Virus record (IMG/VR): IMGVR_UViG_3300035497_000412
From: a virus
Taxonomy: Duplodnaviria > Caudoviricetes
DNA length: 64,000 nucleotides
Direction: 5' to 3' (one strand)
In this document: piece by piece, positions 22,715 to 36,777 of the stretch
Numbering within the stretch: position 1 is the first letter of the stretch
Layout: the number at the start of each line of letters is the position of its first letter
Notes under the pieces: generated by a model
The model's database searches: none
What the model saw: the letters and a program-made list of their open reading frames with translations, nothing else
Told to the model about the DNA's origin: nothing
Position numbers and translations under genes: made by a program

Positions 22715-22742
22715 ATAGATTTATTTTCTCCTTTCTATCTTA

Positions 22743-22791
22743 GTAAAAAAATAAAGGGGAATAAAGAAATCCCTTTCTTTATTCCCCTTAT
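22743..22791 (-). terminator. Rho-independent terminator
   Basis: AAGGGGAATAAAGAAA / TTTCTTTATTCCCCTT stem with T tail on the - strand. Confidence 0.75.
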
Positions 22792-22857
22792 AGGTTGTAA
22801 GGACATTCCTTCTAAGGAATATCAAAAAAAGACATTACGTTTTAATTAACTTTGTCC

Positions 22858-24537
22858 TTAGAAACTTCCCCACTCAAGATTAATTTTCATAGAAGTAGTG
22901 CTAGGAGCAGTAACAGTCAGGTTATCAGAAGTAACTGACATTGAGCCAGAAACGCTTTGGTCAGTAGCATTAACCTTAGTTGTCACGGTAGCAGTATTAC
23001 TGCTAGCAGCCACTGTAGAAGCAACGCTGCTTAAAGCATTGTGAGTATCGACAACCTTTAACTTGTGGACAGTAACGCCAGTAACATGACCATAACCATC
23101 CTCAGTAATGCCAGTAATAGCAGAGAACTCAGCAGAACCAGCAGTGCTTTGTGTCACATCTGCGGTAGAGCCTGTGGTCGCGGGTGCAGTAATAGGACTA
23201 TGGGAAACAGTAGCGGTAACAATACCTTTACTAGCAGAGTATTTAACGCCCATCTTGTCGCCAGCAGCAACCTTATAACCAGCAGTATCAGAACCATCAC
23301 TAACGGAAGCAATACCATTAGTGTTATCAGTAGAAGAACTAAAAGTAATAGTTTGCTCATCGCCAGAAGGAACAACATCCCACTTTAAAGTAGCAGTTGT
23401 AATAACACCATTAGACTCAGTACCTTGCGCAATCAGCAAGTCGCCAGACTTAACTGTAACGGCAGCGCCAGTGGAAGAGCTATCAGCGGGCAGCGTAAAA
23501 CCAGCAGAAGCCTTATAGGTATAGCCAATTTGCTGAGAGGTCAGAGCCGCAAGAGCAGTAGCGCTAGCCACAGTACCCTTGTACTCCATAGCATTAAAGG
23601 ACTTTTTAGCAGCGTCAACAGCAGTACTAATAGCGGTATCAGTCTCAGTCTGAGTATAGACATTTAAAGTAGCAGTGCCATCAGTAAACTTAGCGGTGGT
23701 AGCAGTCTTACCATACGTAATGCCGGGATCGAGTTCAGCATAATTAGATCCAGCGCCATCAGTGACAGCAATTTCAAAACCAGTAGTCTTCTTATTAGTA
23801 TGACTAGTAGAAGAGCTATTTAAAGTTGAGACGTCAATAGAACTCACATAAGGATTAACACCTTCAACAGTAATCTGATTGCTGCTTTGCTTAATAGAGA
23901 CAAAGTCATTACCCTTAATGGTAACAGTATCAACGTCACTAGAATCACTCTGATTAGTTAAAGTAATAGCAGCAGCATTAGAAGTAGAGCTTGCGGCAGC
24001 AGCTAAATCATACTTAGCGCCATCGGGCACGGATAAAGTAATCTTGGTGCCACTGACAGTCATAGTCAGATTGCCGCTTGCCTCAATAGAGAAACTACCA
24101 GAAGAAGAAGTAGTAGCTTGCGCGTCTTCAACCTTATTGGTAACAGTAGCAACTTTGTTATTTAACTTAACAGAAGTATTACTAGTAGTAGTATTTAATT
24201 TTGTATCAGTATCAGGGTTCACCTGGGTCCAGACGATTCCGTTCGTTGAATCGGGGCCACCAGTCAGAGCAGTACAAACAGCTAAAATATTGCCGCTAAC
24301 ACTACCAGCACCCTTAGCCACATAGTAGAAATCACCAACAGCAACAGTAGACTTGCTAGTGGGCAACTCGCTCAGAGAGCTAACTGTACGGATAGACTTA
24401 TTTAATTCAACTAAATTAGTATCAACGCCAACATACAGACGTTCAGTATCAGTAGTTAAATAGAAGGTGCCGTCAGTAGCAGCATTGGTCGCGGGTAAAT
24501 TAGCTGCAAGACCGCGTTTAAACATTAAATTTGCCAT
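22858..24537 (-). CDS. Tail fibre/spike-like structural protein (559 aa, no TAG)
   Basis: N-terminal FKRG...DGTFYLTTDTERLYVG attachment motif; S/T/A-rich body; C-terminal EWGSF. Confidence 0.75.
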   Translation of the reverse strand: MANLMFKRGLAANLPATNAATDGTFYLTTDTERLYVGVDTNLVELNKSIRTVSSLSELPTSKSTVAVGDFYYVAKGAGSVSGNILAVCTALTGGPDSTNGIVWTQVNPDTDTKLNTTTSNTSVKLNNKVATVTNKVEDAQATTSSSGSFSIEASGNLTMTVSGTKITLSVPDGAKYDLAAAASSTSNAAAITLTNQSDSSDVDTVTIKGNDFVSIKQSSNQITVEGVNPYVSSIDVSTLNSSSTSHTNKKTTGFEIAVTDGAGSNYAELDPGITYGKTATTAKFTDGTATLNVYTQTETDTAISTAVDAAKKSFNAMEYKGTVASATALAALTSQQIGYTYKASAGFTLPADSSSTGAAVTVKSGDLLIAQGTESNGVITTATLKWDVVPSGDEQTITFSSSTDNTNGIASVSDGSDTAGYKVAAGDKMGVKYSASKGIVTATVSHSPITAPATTGSTADVTQSTAGSAEFSAITGITEDGYGHVTGVTVHKLKVVDTHNALSSVASTVAASSNTATVTTKVNATDQSVSGSMSVTSDNLTVTAPSTTSMKINLEWGSF

Positions 24538-24551
24538 ATTTTTCCTCCTTA

Positions 24552-25625
24552 TTATTCTTCAAGTTCATGCCAAGCGATGCTCTTATTAATATTAGTAATT
24601 TCATCATTAATATTAGTAATTTCATCAACAATAGTAGTAGAAGTTTTATCCTCACTCAACAGTTTACTTAAATCGCCAACTTCACTTGAATAAGTATCTA
24701 AAGTGACATATGTACTGTCTAAGCCATTAATAATTGAGATAAGGCCAGGATTTTCCTCAGTGCCATCTCCCTCTAACACATCTTGTAAAGAACCAGCTTC
24801 TTCAGACACTAAAATCTGAGAAGAAGAAATACCAGATGCAACAAGAGACAGTTTTCCATCAGAATCAACAGAGAAAGTAGAAGTATCAACAGAAGTAATA
24901 AAATTAGGCTCAGCGCCACTTGTGATACTTTCTAATTTAGTAACTTCCTCTTGGGTAATCAAACGAGAACCATCTACGACATCAACTTTACCAGCTAGAG
25001 CCGTATCTAATCCAATAACCTTAGATTGGTCAATACCAATAAGATTTAATTCTCTGTCTTTACCTTGGTCAGTAATAATTTCAAACTCATCAGACACAGA
25101 AGCAATAATATGTTCCGCTTGAGCTTTCTCTAAATTACCAACACGAGAGACTAAACCAGGAGTTACCTCTTGAGTATCTGCATCGGTCTTATCATAAAGA
25201 ACAGATTCAATAGTAGCTAAAGAAGAAGAAAGTCCCTCTACAGTAGTAGAATCGGGCTTTTGCCAAGAGATTTTTCCCTCTGCATCTTTAACAAGCTAAG
25301 CTCCCTCAACAGCAGTAGAAAATCCCAGCAAAGATAAAGAACCATCCGACTTTTTCTCAAAAACACTTGTGTCAATTTGAACGTCTCCACCCAGAGGGGA
25401 TAAAGTGTTATCTGGTTGAATCACATAAAGCTTTGCTAAGTCATTCTCAACTACGCATAGAGTTTCACCATAATAATATACAGTGTTGCTACTACCAACT
25501 TGTTCAGCTTGTTTTGCCGCCGCTTCAGCAGCAGCGTAGCTTTCAAAGTAGTATCTAGCGTCAAGAGGGAAAGCAGCTGTAGGATTAAAAGAAATCGAAA
25601 AATTTAATTTACCAAAATCCGCCAT
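24552..25625 (-). CDS. Tail fibre-associated structural protein (~357 aa)
   Basis: ORFs 25296-25625 and 24552-25097 joined via TAG; FPLDARYYF and KVDVVDGSRL...KLESI.SGAEPN motifs. Confidence 0.7.
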
Positions 25626-25643
25626 AATTTATTTCCCTCCTTT

Positions 25644-26963
25644 TTAAATAGTAACTGTATAAGTATTTTCAACGTCATTGGCATTTGCATAATCTAAGTA
25701 ATATAACTTATAGGTTATAGCAGAATAGCCATTGGCGCCTTCAACATTTACAGTGCCGCTCTTGAATGAAGATTTGATATCAGCATTGAAAGCATTTCCA
25801 TCTAAAATAGAAGAAACTTCTTGCAAAGTGGAAGGATAAGCAATAACCACTCGCTTAGCTCCAATAGGGATGGTAATTGTAAACTTATCGCCATTTTTCA
25901 GGGCCTTATTTGAAGCGGTTAGCTCACGAATCACTTCACTCGTTAACTCAATATCTTTATCTTCTAAGGTTCCATAGAAAGTATTTCTGTAGCCAGTGAC
26001 TGCGGCTGACTTTACTTTATTAGTATTGTTAGCAACAATTTGCCCAGAAGTGTAGTTATTACCTAAGTTAGTTAAAGGAATAGCACCTTCACTATAAGAA
26101 GCATAAGCTTCAATGACTAAATTAGAGCTATCTTCAACTGTAATTTCAGAAAAAGTTCCAGAGGCAACATCTAAACTCTCTCCGTTAAAGCTTGCCGAAT
26201 AAGCAGTTGCGGTTACTCCAGTCGCGGGGCCAAACTCATACTTACCTGCATTGAACACAATAGAGTAAGTAGGTGCAACAGTAGTACCAACTTCATAAGC
26301 TTTATTCTTTGTCGCTGTTAAAGCAACAGAAGGTAATGTAATAGAAGGTTGTGACTCCTTAACAAAAACATTATTCCAAACTTCTTTCAGATTTTTACCG
26401 GCCGCCGCAATAGTAGCTTGGCCGTTTGTTAAAGAAATATTACCAATTTCTGTAGTAGTAATCAAATCATCAGTGAAATAAACATTTTCTGCCTTATAGT
26501 TACCATCCATAGCGGCCCAAGCTTCGCCGTTATAGACATAAGCGGTATATTGTTTGTGAGTACCATCAATATCTTCAGAGATAATTACAATATCTCCAGT
26601 ATTTTCCTCGCCTGGCTCTACTGACCGTTCAATAGCTTTTTCATGGGTTTCTCCATCTTGAAGCTCAATTTGATAAACTTTAGCTTGATTGCCAAGAGAT
26701 AGGTCTGAAGGATTAGCGGCAACCCAGCCTTGAGTTTCTGAATCGTAAACGAGAATATCACCATTATTAAGAGTCTATCCTTCTTCAAGGCTAATTAAAT
26801 CATCTAACGAAGTAACTCCACCGATTTTCTTTGTGCCAAGATATAAAACGCCTGTGGTTTTATCTTTTTCGCAAATGAAATAAAGAGTATCATTATCTTT
26901 AATAGGTAAATTTGCATAAGCAGTAGGAGTACCACGCTAAAACTTAACATAATTTATCGCCAT
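25644..26963 (-). CDS. Tail-associated structural protein (~439 aa)
   Basis: Start ATG 26963 (MAINYVKFQRGTP, Q=TAG), in frame with ORF 25644-26510. Confidence 0.75.
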
Positions 26964-27026
26964 TAATTTTTCCCCTTTCCTTTTGGATTTTCCTTCGTTT
27001 TACTTAAAAGATTTTTATAATAAATT

Positions 27027-27070
27027 AAATTGGCTTGGCCTTTTTAACTTTAAGGCCAAGCCAATTTTTA
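27027..27070. terminator. Terminator hairpin overlapping a late-motif copy
   Basis: AAATTGGCTTGGCCT / AGGCCAAGCCAATTT inverted repeat. Confidence 0.7.
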
Positions 27071-30000
27071 TTAAATAGTTACTTCTTTATCTGTAGTTTT
27101 TTCTAAAACTGCAATTCGATCTTCTAACGTCTAAACATAATTAAATAACGCCTAAAGCGTCATTGTTTTGTCTCCAAAAGCAAATTCAGTATCTTGATCA
27201 ATTATATCGGGTTTATTTGCGATATAAGATGGGGAACTCGCATCGGTTTCATCCCAGTCTGATTGATAATCTAATTGCGTTTCAATCTGCTATTCGAGTT
27301 TAGACAAAGCATCATATAAAGTATCAGTAGCTTCAATTGCGCTCGCGTCTAGTTTTCTAGAATATCCAGTTAATGGAAGTTCTCCTAAATTTGCAGAATA
27401 GGTAATAATTGAGTTACTAGACGCACTATACTCTAATTCTGTAACGACTGTAGCAGGAGAAGCTGCTGTGTCTCTGCGCACACCAAAACTAGCTTTTGGA
27501 AGAGTTAAACTCTAAGATGAAGTTGACGTAATATGTCCAGCTTCATCATACTCTAATACTGGAATAGAAAAGCTTTGTCCGGCTAATAAACTAGTCTTAT
27601 CATTCTCAATAGTCTTATTTCCAGTGACACCAGAAACACTATGTTCAAGTTTAATAACAGGATTCTTAAAACTACCACTAACTGTTGCGTTTAAATATCC
27701 ATCAGTTGTAATACTGCCACTATTTAGCCTTCCATAGCTATCCACCATAATTAAAGAATTTGGAGCTAACTAATTAAATTTAGCAATGATATCATTTAGA
27801 GTATTTAAAGTTCCAGCAATAGTAGAACGATCTCTAGTATCCTTATCGCCAATTTCCAAAATTTGGTTAATCTTCAAAACTAAACCATGAATAGTATTTA
27901 GCTTTCTCGCAAATTCATCTAACTTTTTAAAACCATAAACTCCTTGGCGCAATCCTAAAGAAACAGAAGCTGGGATATAGGCATCCAAATTCCATTCAAA
28001 ACCTTGATTGAATAGATTGTGCGGGTCTTCTGTAACGCAAAGAACATTACGTTCATAATAAGTTCTGCCTTTTGTAGCAGTATCATTAGCATCTAACGTT
28101 TTAACGCCATTATCATCGTAATAATAAGTGTTAGCGTGATAATAAGTATTTGGTAGTTTAGTAAAAACTTCTGCTGGGTCTAAAGTATAATATGTTCTAT
28201 CCTCTACCATGGCCGCAGTTCTACTTAAAATCCAATCTTTAGAAATATTTTGATAATAATATTTATTAGGGACATAGAAAGTGCCTTGTAAAACAGGTTG
28301 AATAGTATAATATTCAACAAACTCTGGCTTTTGGACCGAAGTCACGCTTTGTCCAGACTCATTGGTAACTTTTATTGTGCGATAAGCCATCTTTGGCAGT
28401 TGTTCAGCTAAAACATCTTTAGTAACCAGTATATAATTTCCATTGTCGTCTATATAATAATATTTATTTTCTTCCCAAGGAATGAAAGTAACTTTATATA
28501 TAGCTTCAACGTTCCAGAAGTCAGTAGCACCACTAACAATAGTAATAGCACCTGTTTCTGGATCAATTACATAACTGACATCTTCACTATTAAAGGCTTG
28601 CACCAAATCAACCAAATAATAATCTGTATTAGCATCAATTTCGCCAGTTAAAGGAGTGTATCCTGTAACCTTTCCATCCTTCTTTATTAACGAATAAAAA
28701 ATACTATTATTAGTAAATACTCCAGGAGCATAAAGATAAGTTAAAGACTTATAAACTCCATCATCCGCTAAATACTAACCAGTTTCTTTATTATAATCAT
28801 TCCGGTTTTTTAGATAAATAGTTACATCCGTATTGCTATTTGGGTCAATAGAATAATAATCTCTTCCAGCAGTAACTGTATCAGAAGTATCTAAAATATA
28901 GTTATCATTAGGAGATAAATAATAGTATTTATCTGATTCATAGCTAGCAGTTAATTTAATTTCAGAAATTGCTTCTTCATTACAAGAATAATAAATTTTA
29001 TCCTTTTGCGGCAGCTCCGCAGTTTCGTAAAGATAATCTCCATTAATGGTCTGATAATATTGCCCAGTCACATAATCATTAAACTCAACGACAGAATATT
29101 CTTCAAAGTCCTCTGGTACCATTTTAACATAATATGTAAGGCTATCATCAAATGTTTCACTATCTGCAATAGTAGAACCATCATCAGAAGTATAATACAT
29201 ATTTGGTAAATAGCTATCCTCAGTTAATTCAATTGGAATGTATTTATATTCAATAGGACTATAAACATATTCTAAAGCCTTACGATAATAATTCTTATCT
29301 TTATCAAAATAATAAATATAATCCATATCCAATCCTTCGGAGCTTGTATATGAAGCACTTTGAGTATCGTTATCGACAATAATCATACCCATTAGATCAT
29401 GAACTGAATTAATACAACCAGCTAAAGTATCAACGCAATCCGTGCTATAGGTGTAATCATTAGAACCTTCATTCTGAACCAGGCGCAAACCCGGGCGATC
29501 TTGGCCCAGACCTCCGTCCTCCCAATTCAAACTAAGATTACGAAATTTTTCACCATCTTTTTCTATAGCAACATTTTCCCCTCCATAAGCGATATCCCAA
29601 ATATCAGAAATCGCATTACCAAGAGAAGGCAAATAAATAGATAGCTCTTTGGTATCAACTTGCGGCGTTAGGCTATGATAGCTATCGTGCGAATTATAAA
29701 CTAAGCCAGACTTTCCAGAAGAAAAAATATCAATACTATCGGTTAATGAACTATGAGAAATTTTCTCTTTATCAAATCCAGCTTTATTATAATAAATAGC
29801 CTTATTAATTCCGCGCTCAACTCTTTTATAGTATTTACGACTAGCTAAAGGTTTACTATTATTATCAATAACATATCTATCGTCATATAAATAATAATAC
29901 TTGCCCTTTTCATAAAAACCAGATTCATTAAAAACAGAATTGGTTACATCAACATATTTATATTGCTCTTTACTCCAAGTGCCATCATCAATGTCATAGT

Positions 30001-30865
30001 AATAAGTATCGCTTTCACCAGTATCACGATTGTAAATTGATTGCGGCATTGCCCCGTACAAATCACTTTTTTTACTCGTGGTTCCTGGACTATAAATAGT
30101 CTATTCTTTAGAATTAAATTCTCCAGAATAATTAATAGTATCACCAGAAATTTTATCTGCACTCGCTAATCTTAGACCCCAACCGGGCTGAAGATGCAAT
30201 TGGTAATAAATGTCAGTGCTTTGCTCATCAAAGTGAGGAACTAAAGGAATATCAGTTGGCGCATCAATAGAAACGTCAAAAGTAGGCAATTGTGTATTTA
30301 ATTCAGCAATAAGAGTATATCTTTCTTTACCATTACTATATACTTTTTGCCACACTGTTGAATCCCAGCCGTGTCTAGTCTCATATCCCTTTACTTGGGC
30401 ATAGGCTAAGTCCTCTTGATAGTTAAAAACATAATTAGAAATAGTTCCCTCTGTACTTCCAAGCCCTTCAACTAAGTCAAATAAGGCGTTACCACTATCG
30501 TCCTTGCCAGTACAAATGTAATAATCATAATTACCATCATCATTAATTACATAAACGATTGTGCCAGAAGAAATGCCATAAATGATACTTGCATTAATTG
30601 AAATATGTTCAGTCCATTTGATAATAGTTTTTGCTTCAAAAGTTGCTGAAGAGTATAAAACAATTTCAGTATCTTCCTTAGTCTTTTTATATCCTCGTTT
30701 ATAAGTTTCATTAGTATAATCTGAATCATATTCAACTAAAACATAACGTCCAATAAAAACACCATCGCTCCCCATTGCCATTTCCATGGCTTTACGATTA
30801 CGATAAGTTCTATCAAAGGTAAATTGTGAACGAGTTACATTTCCAATATTTCCATAAATTCCCAT
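27071..30865 (-). CDS. Large tail protein with Tyr-rich repeats (~1264 aa)
   Basis: Fragments 30871, 30061, 28615, 27748 and 27481 share one frame via TAG; many Y..NKYYY units. Confidence 0.8.
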
Positions 30866-30867
30866 AA

Positions 30868-31218
30868 TCACTCATCCTCTCCCTGATAAATAGCATCAAC
30901 AATCAAATAAGCATTATCATTAGCAGAAATAGCTGAAATAGAAGTAGCATCAAAAGATAAAGAAGTTATCTCTGTTTGTCCTTCAACATCTAATTCATAA
31001 ATACCAGTAGTTCCTATCATAATTGGAGAGGCTCCATCATTTATATAAAATTTTGTTCCAGGCAAAGCCTAAATACCTAGTGTAACAATTGAACCCAACG
31101 TTCCATCTGAAAAAAAGATACTTCCAGAAGTCAGTCTAGCAAATGAAATATTCGCTGGTGAATTATGGCTTGTGTCAGATTCACTATAGAAACGATATTG
31201 TCTAGGCTGTTTCGACAC
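30868..31218 (-). CDS. Small tail/baseplate protein
   Basis: GTG start with GGAGG RBS; LGIQALPGTKFYIN (Q=TAG) and IGTTGIYEL motifs. Confidence 0.75.
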
Positions 31219-31232
31219 TCTCCTCTACCTCC

Positions 31233-33626
31233 TTAATATATTCTATCTGCGGCCTTAGTAGCTGTAATCTGCATTGTTCCATTATATGTTAATGGCAATG
31301 TAATTTTAGTCATAATATATTCGCCATTAATTCCGCTTTTTTCATCATAAACAAAAATACGAGTATTTGGTTGCAAATAATAGATAGGAATTGCAGTAAT
31401 AGTAATATTTTCTATACAATACGCATAATTGTATAACATATCATCAATCTCATCTTTTGCGCTCTTACCTTGACCACTAATTGTAAACAAATTCTCCATA
31501 TTACTATTTAAAAAAATATAAGTATATCCAGATTTAATATCGCTGGAATTATACTCATCATATGTTGTAAAAATTGCTTCAGGAGTATTCCTAAAATAAA
31601 TAGCGGTTACATCGTCATCATTAACCGCTTTTGGCCTATCCCCAACAACTGGAATACTGAACTACTCCATTCCATCTAAAAACTCAATCCAGAAATTTAA
31701 ACTCTCAGGAGCTTCTATAATATTCTTATTCCAATATTTATATTTTATGGAATAATTTTCATCCTCAGTCTCTCCATCATATAAATAAAAGTCGCATATT
31801 GGGCTATCTTTGTCTTCAACATAATCTACCCATTGCTAAACCATTTTATAAGTACCTTCAGCTTCATCTATAACTTCTTTTACTGTAGTATAATAGCCTC
31901 CAGAAGTCTCGTAACTAATAGAAGGATTCGGATCATAAAGCTCTCTCCAAAAGCCTTGCATATCGATATAATATCTCTCATATCCAGTTTTTCCGTCTAA
32001 ATATAATCCATCTACTTTATTAGCTTCAGCAACTTTAGTATAAAAATCATCAACCTGATTATATTTATAATAATCTAAAGTCATCTAATAAATAATTTCA
32101 CGCCAATCATAATCATCTGTAGTATATCTCACTGACTCTTGGACATATTTGCCATATTCTCCAATAAATATATCTGGAAATAATTCCTTATAAGCTTTAG
32201 CTTCTTCTTCTGAAACACTAATGGAGGTATATATCTCCGGTTTTGTATCAATAGCGTAACGTGCGTGAATTGGAATATCTGCGCCACTTGCCCCTTCACG
32301 AGTTCCCCAAACAGAAAAATCATTCCGCAAATTTGTTAAAGTAGGGTTGTTTTGAAAAGCTGTAATTAAATTATTGTTCTAAAAATTATAAGTAGAAGCT
32401 GACGTGTATGCCGCAGGATTGACATAAGTTTCATCTTCATTAAACACAATTGAACTCCAAGTGGTGTTTACATATGTCTACTTCTCTTGGAAAATAAATC
32501 TACCATCTAAATCATAAAAATATTCAAAATTAGATAACATATTTTTTATTTTATCTAATATAGAGGTTAAATTTTCTCCAATTGAAGAAATTAGATCCCC
32601 AGAATAAGTTAAATCTGTTACCCGATATCCAGCAGTATCACCATATTCAATTTTAGCAATTTTATACAGCATAGTTGGATCTTCACTATCGGGGAAAGTT
32701 ACATCTGCCGCAGTTTCATCAAAGCCATCAACTAAATTATAGTATTCAGAACTAGATAAATCCTTTAGTTTAGTTAATGTGCCGTTAATTGAACATTCTG
32801 CTTCCCCATTGGTAGTCATATTAACTACATTTTTGCTTGCGCTCTCACATAAGCAATATAAGGTTGAATCACCACGATATTCCAATAGCTCTAATCCATA
32901 ATCTTCCAAATCATTAATAATTATATTATGATAAGGTTCATTTCCATATGTATGTAAAGCTTCTCGAATAATGGTTTTAATTGGAATACTTGAAATAGTA
33001 GAATAATCTTCTCTATAATAATAAGTTTGCGCGCTATCATATTCATCGGCGCTTAAAACATACTGAGATTGCCCATTAGTTGGAGTATAATCCTTATTTT
33101 CAATATAATATTTATTTGAAATATATTGAGAAATATCCATTGAGCTTACTTCGGAATAAATTGCGTCATAAGTTTCAATAGTTCCAAAGTCAACAGAAGC
33201 GGGCAATTCACCGCCCAATTCTCCATTCAATAAGCACATCTTATCTTTTCCATTAATTGTAATTGTATAGTTATTAGTAGCAATAGCTGTATTAAAACTA
33301 GTAATAACATAAACCCCTTGTGGGAACCATATAACGTCAGGATAATTATTATTAATAGTGTTTTTAATGCCAATTTCTAATTTAAATTTATGAGTCAAAC
33401 CCCAATAGAAGTCATTAATATTCATTTCTTGCGCAACTAATGTTAAATTACAAGTTCTTCTGACAGTAGAGGTCCCATCAATACTGATAGAACCTCCTGT
33501 CACTCGTCCTTCTATTTGCTCGATAGGATCTTCCGCAAATGTTAAAGAAATTATTCTGGCGAAAATTTCTTTCTATCTATTATTATCTAGTTGTTTTAAA
33601 AAGTCTTTATCGTTCAGAGGATTCAT
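31233..33626 (-). CDS. Tail hub/Tal-like protein (~797 aa)
   Basis: Four fragments joined by TAG; GGSISIDG.S.VRRTCNL, NGKDKMCLLNG, FEYFYDLDGRFIFQ, C-terminal IPIYYL.PN.RI. Confidence 0.75.
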
Positions 33627-36544
33627 TTATTTCCCTCCTGACTCTTTTTAGCTCTAGTCAATGTTTCAATATAATCATTATAATATTCTAAATAAACTTC
33701 TCTTGCTTCAATAAGCTTATCTGTATACTCTTGGTCTGGAGTGTCATCATCTCCATATGGTAAACATTCTTGCTTCATGGTAGCAACAGAGAGGATATTA
33801 GCAATATTTTCATATTTCTATTTAGCTTTAATCGTGCGCTCGTCCGTTCCTTCAATAATATAATCAATTTCCTGCAACTCATATCCGCAATTTAAGACTA
33901 TTCCGCTTCCAATATATAAAGAATCACATACGAACGGACCTTTTATACTATATTCTTGCTTTTCAGTAATGTCTATTTCATTGTCATTAATATATAGTTT
34001 ATTACTATATTTAACAATATTTTTCAAAAGCGTTAAATCGTTATCTTCAAAAGCATTAATAACAAATTCTGACAATTGATTATAAGTATCTTCTGAAACA
34101 ATTGTTAATCCAGGATTAACTGAGTCATAATAAAACTCAAAAGGACTTACCTCATAATAAATTGTGCCAGAATCATATTTGTTAGCTCTTAAATAAGACA
34201 CTCCCGACTTGATATAATAAGTGCCAAATGGGAAATCTCTTTCAGAGATATCGACTTGCCGCATTCCTCTTGCTTCTTTATTATTTATCGTATAAATATT
34301 TTTGTAATATTTATATAATGGCAAAGTATCCATGTTCTTATTGGATTCATCATAATCTTCTATTGGACGAACCGCGGCCCGCAAGTAATAGAATTTAATA
34401 AAATTGGTTTTAATATTCTAAATTAAATCTAAAATATTTTCTTGACATCCAATAAATTGCTGGGCTGGTATTTCTGTATAATTAACATCAGAAATTTCAC
34501 TAAAGCTACCTTCTTCTATATCATCATAATAACTATAACTTATTGAACCTGTATACTATGCGCCATCTGGAATTTTAATACTAATAATTTCAATATCAGA
34601 AGGAATTGAATATGTTCCAGTTGCTCCTATCATAATCTTTTGTAAAGATTTATCTCTATATAATACTTCTATAACACTACCAGGAATCATATCATTAAAC
34701 GATATAGAAGTTGCATATGAATGCTCTAAAATCTCTCCAGTCTTATAGAGAATATTTCCAGAATATACCTATTGATAAGATTCAGAATCATCATCCCAAA
34801 TTTCTTCCAATACTTCGCGTTCTGCTAAATTCACAGTAGTCCAATGAGATGTGGTATCGGTAATAGTCACATCATCAACCGCAAGCATTCCATAATCACT
34901 TAAACTCGAATAAGAACAATCTGCTATTTCATAAGCAGTGCCAGTAACTGTGTGTAACATTCTATTTAATTTATCTTCTGGAGACATAGAGATATTCATT
35001 AATCTAACTATGTAGTTACCTTCTGCGGGTGACCTAAATAATTTTGGCTTACCATTATTTAACCAATCCAAAACAGTTAATTTAAAGTCTCTTTCTGAAG
35101 CAATATTAAAACCAGTTAAAGCAGTTGTTTTTCCCTTGCCAGAATCAATTTTCGCTTCGTCTTTTACATATTTTTTATAGCCATCTTCAATTTTATCCCA
35201 AACAGAACTAGAGCCGCCCCAAGAAACTTTATTATAAAAATAGTTATCATCTGGATATTTATTATCATATCTTGGAGTAGCTGAACGAGTCATGGTCGAA
35301 AAATCTTCAATCCCTTTATCGAGCATAAATAAATTTTCATCATCCATCCAATAAGAAACAAGTCCTGAAATCGGAAATTCTTTGTACTCAACATTGCCAT
35401 TTCTAAAAATAAAAGGATATTTGCTTCCTATTGTATCGACCTTAGTCTCTAAATAATCTGTTTTAAAAGAAGTTACTTTTGGATTAAATCTTAATTTTAA
35501 TTGCCTTTCTCCATCATATAAGAACATATCTTCAAAATTAACAAAAACTTCATTTGATAAGATTCTATTGGAGAAAAGATTTGCACTATTATATTGCTGA
35601 ACAGCGTAAATATAAGTTTTTCCTTGCTTTACAGTAAAATCTCTTAATAGAGTCCTTGAAGGATACTGATTTTGTAAGGTAAATTTTAACAATTCATCCC
35701 ATTCTTTATAATCGCTATCCTCACAGGCTCTGGTTAAAACATATTTTCCAGAAGTTGGATATTCGTATCCTTTTTCATCAGTATCGCCAACTAACGCAAC
35801 AGTAACATATCCATTATCAAAGTGCATCTCTGCGGTTAGTGTTGCTTGAATATCTGCGTCAATAGTCTGTTTTTGTTTAATTTTATAACGCGGACTAGAA
35901 ACTTCTAAATCGTTTATAGTTTTTACTTTATAAATAATATAATAGCTTTCATTTATTTCCAAATCAGAAAGAAATTCCCAAGTGTCTAAGCTATCATATC
36001 CAACATCTTCTTCGTTATTATGAAGCTAAACTCCACTATCGGCAACAATGTTATTTGAGCTGTCATAAATAATAAACTAATAAGAATATTCTTTCTCTGT
36101 TGTATCTCCATTCTTTTGTGAATAATATCCAGTATAAGAATATTTATGAGTATTAACAGTTCCTGTATTTAAGTTTGCAATATATACATTTGGAGCTGTA
36201 GTATATTTTACAACTCCAACAGTAGAATAATATCCAGGCTCGCCATTTGAAGTATAAGCTAACTAAACTTTATAATATGATCCTGCTTTTAGTTTAGTTA
36301 GATTCGTAACAGTAAAATAAGCTTCATATTTTGAATTAATATCATAAGATGTAGCAGGTAAATCATCTATATAAGTTCCACTCTATACAGTTTTTATTTT
36401 TAATCTAAACCCGTCAATTGAGCTTTTATTCACAGCTTTATTCATAGAAAAAGGAACGGTTAGAACCGTTCCTTTTTCTTCTGAAGTATAAAAGGCGGGA
36501 ATAGTTCCTCCTATAGAAGGAGGATACAATTTCGTCGTCGCCAT
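33623..36544 (-). CDS. Tail protein (distal tail/baseplate region, ~973 aa)
   Basis: Start MATTKLYPPSIGGTIPAF; fragments 35962 and 34384 in frame; WLNNGKPKLFRSPAEGNYIVRL motif; ATGA overlap with the next gene. Confidence 0.75.
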
Positions 36545-36551
36545 TTTTTAA

Positions 36552-36713
36552 TTACTCCTCTTCAGCCTCTTCGGTTGTCTTGTTTGCATCAACAATAATC
36601 TGCTGAAGAGCACGGAGACAGTCAGTCATCATAAAACTGTCCTCTCCACAAGTATGAACCCCAAGAAGGGTGTTGTAAATACGAGTAAGCATACTCACCT
36701 GATCCTGTGTCAT
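36552..36713 (-). CDS. Small 53-aa protein with its own promoter
   Basis: MTQDQVSMLTRIYNTLLGVHTCGEDS...EEAEEE; AAGGAG RBS; no TAG; below the ORF-track cutoff. Confidence 0.7.
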   Translation of the reverse strand: MTQDQVSMLTRIYNTLLGVHTCGEDSFMMTDCLRALQQIIVDANKTTEEAEEE

Positions 36714-36747
36714 AAATAAAATCTCCTTTCCCTCTTATGATGATTAA

Positions 36748-36776
36748 ATTATACCAAAAATTTTTTAAAAAGTCAA
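36748..36776 (-). promoter_or_regulatory. sigmaA-type promoter inside the late region
   Basis: TTGACT-N17-TATAAT with extended TG. Confidence 0.75.
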
Positions 36777-36777
36777 A

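Noticed and set aside
8102-25558. Numerous 60-120 aa alternative-frame or antisense ORFs within tail genes
   Set aside because: Fully overlap long coherent genes; expected by-products of low-complexity S/T/A codon usage.
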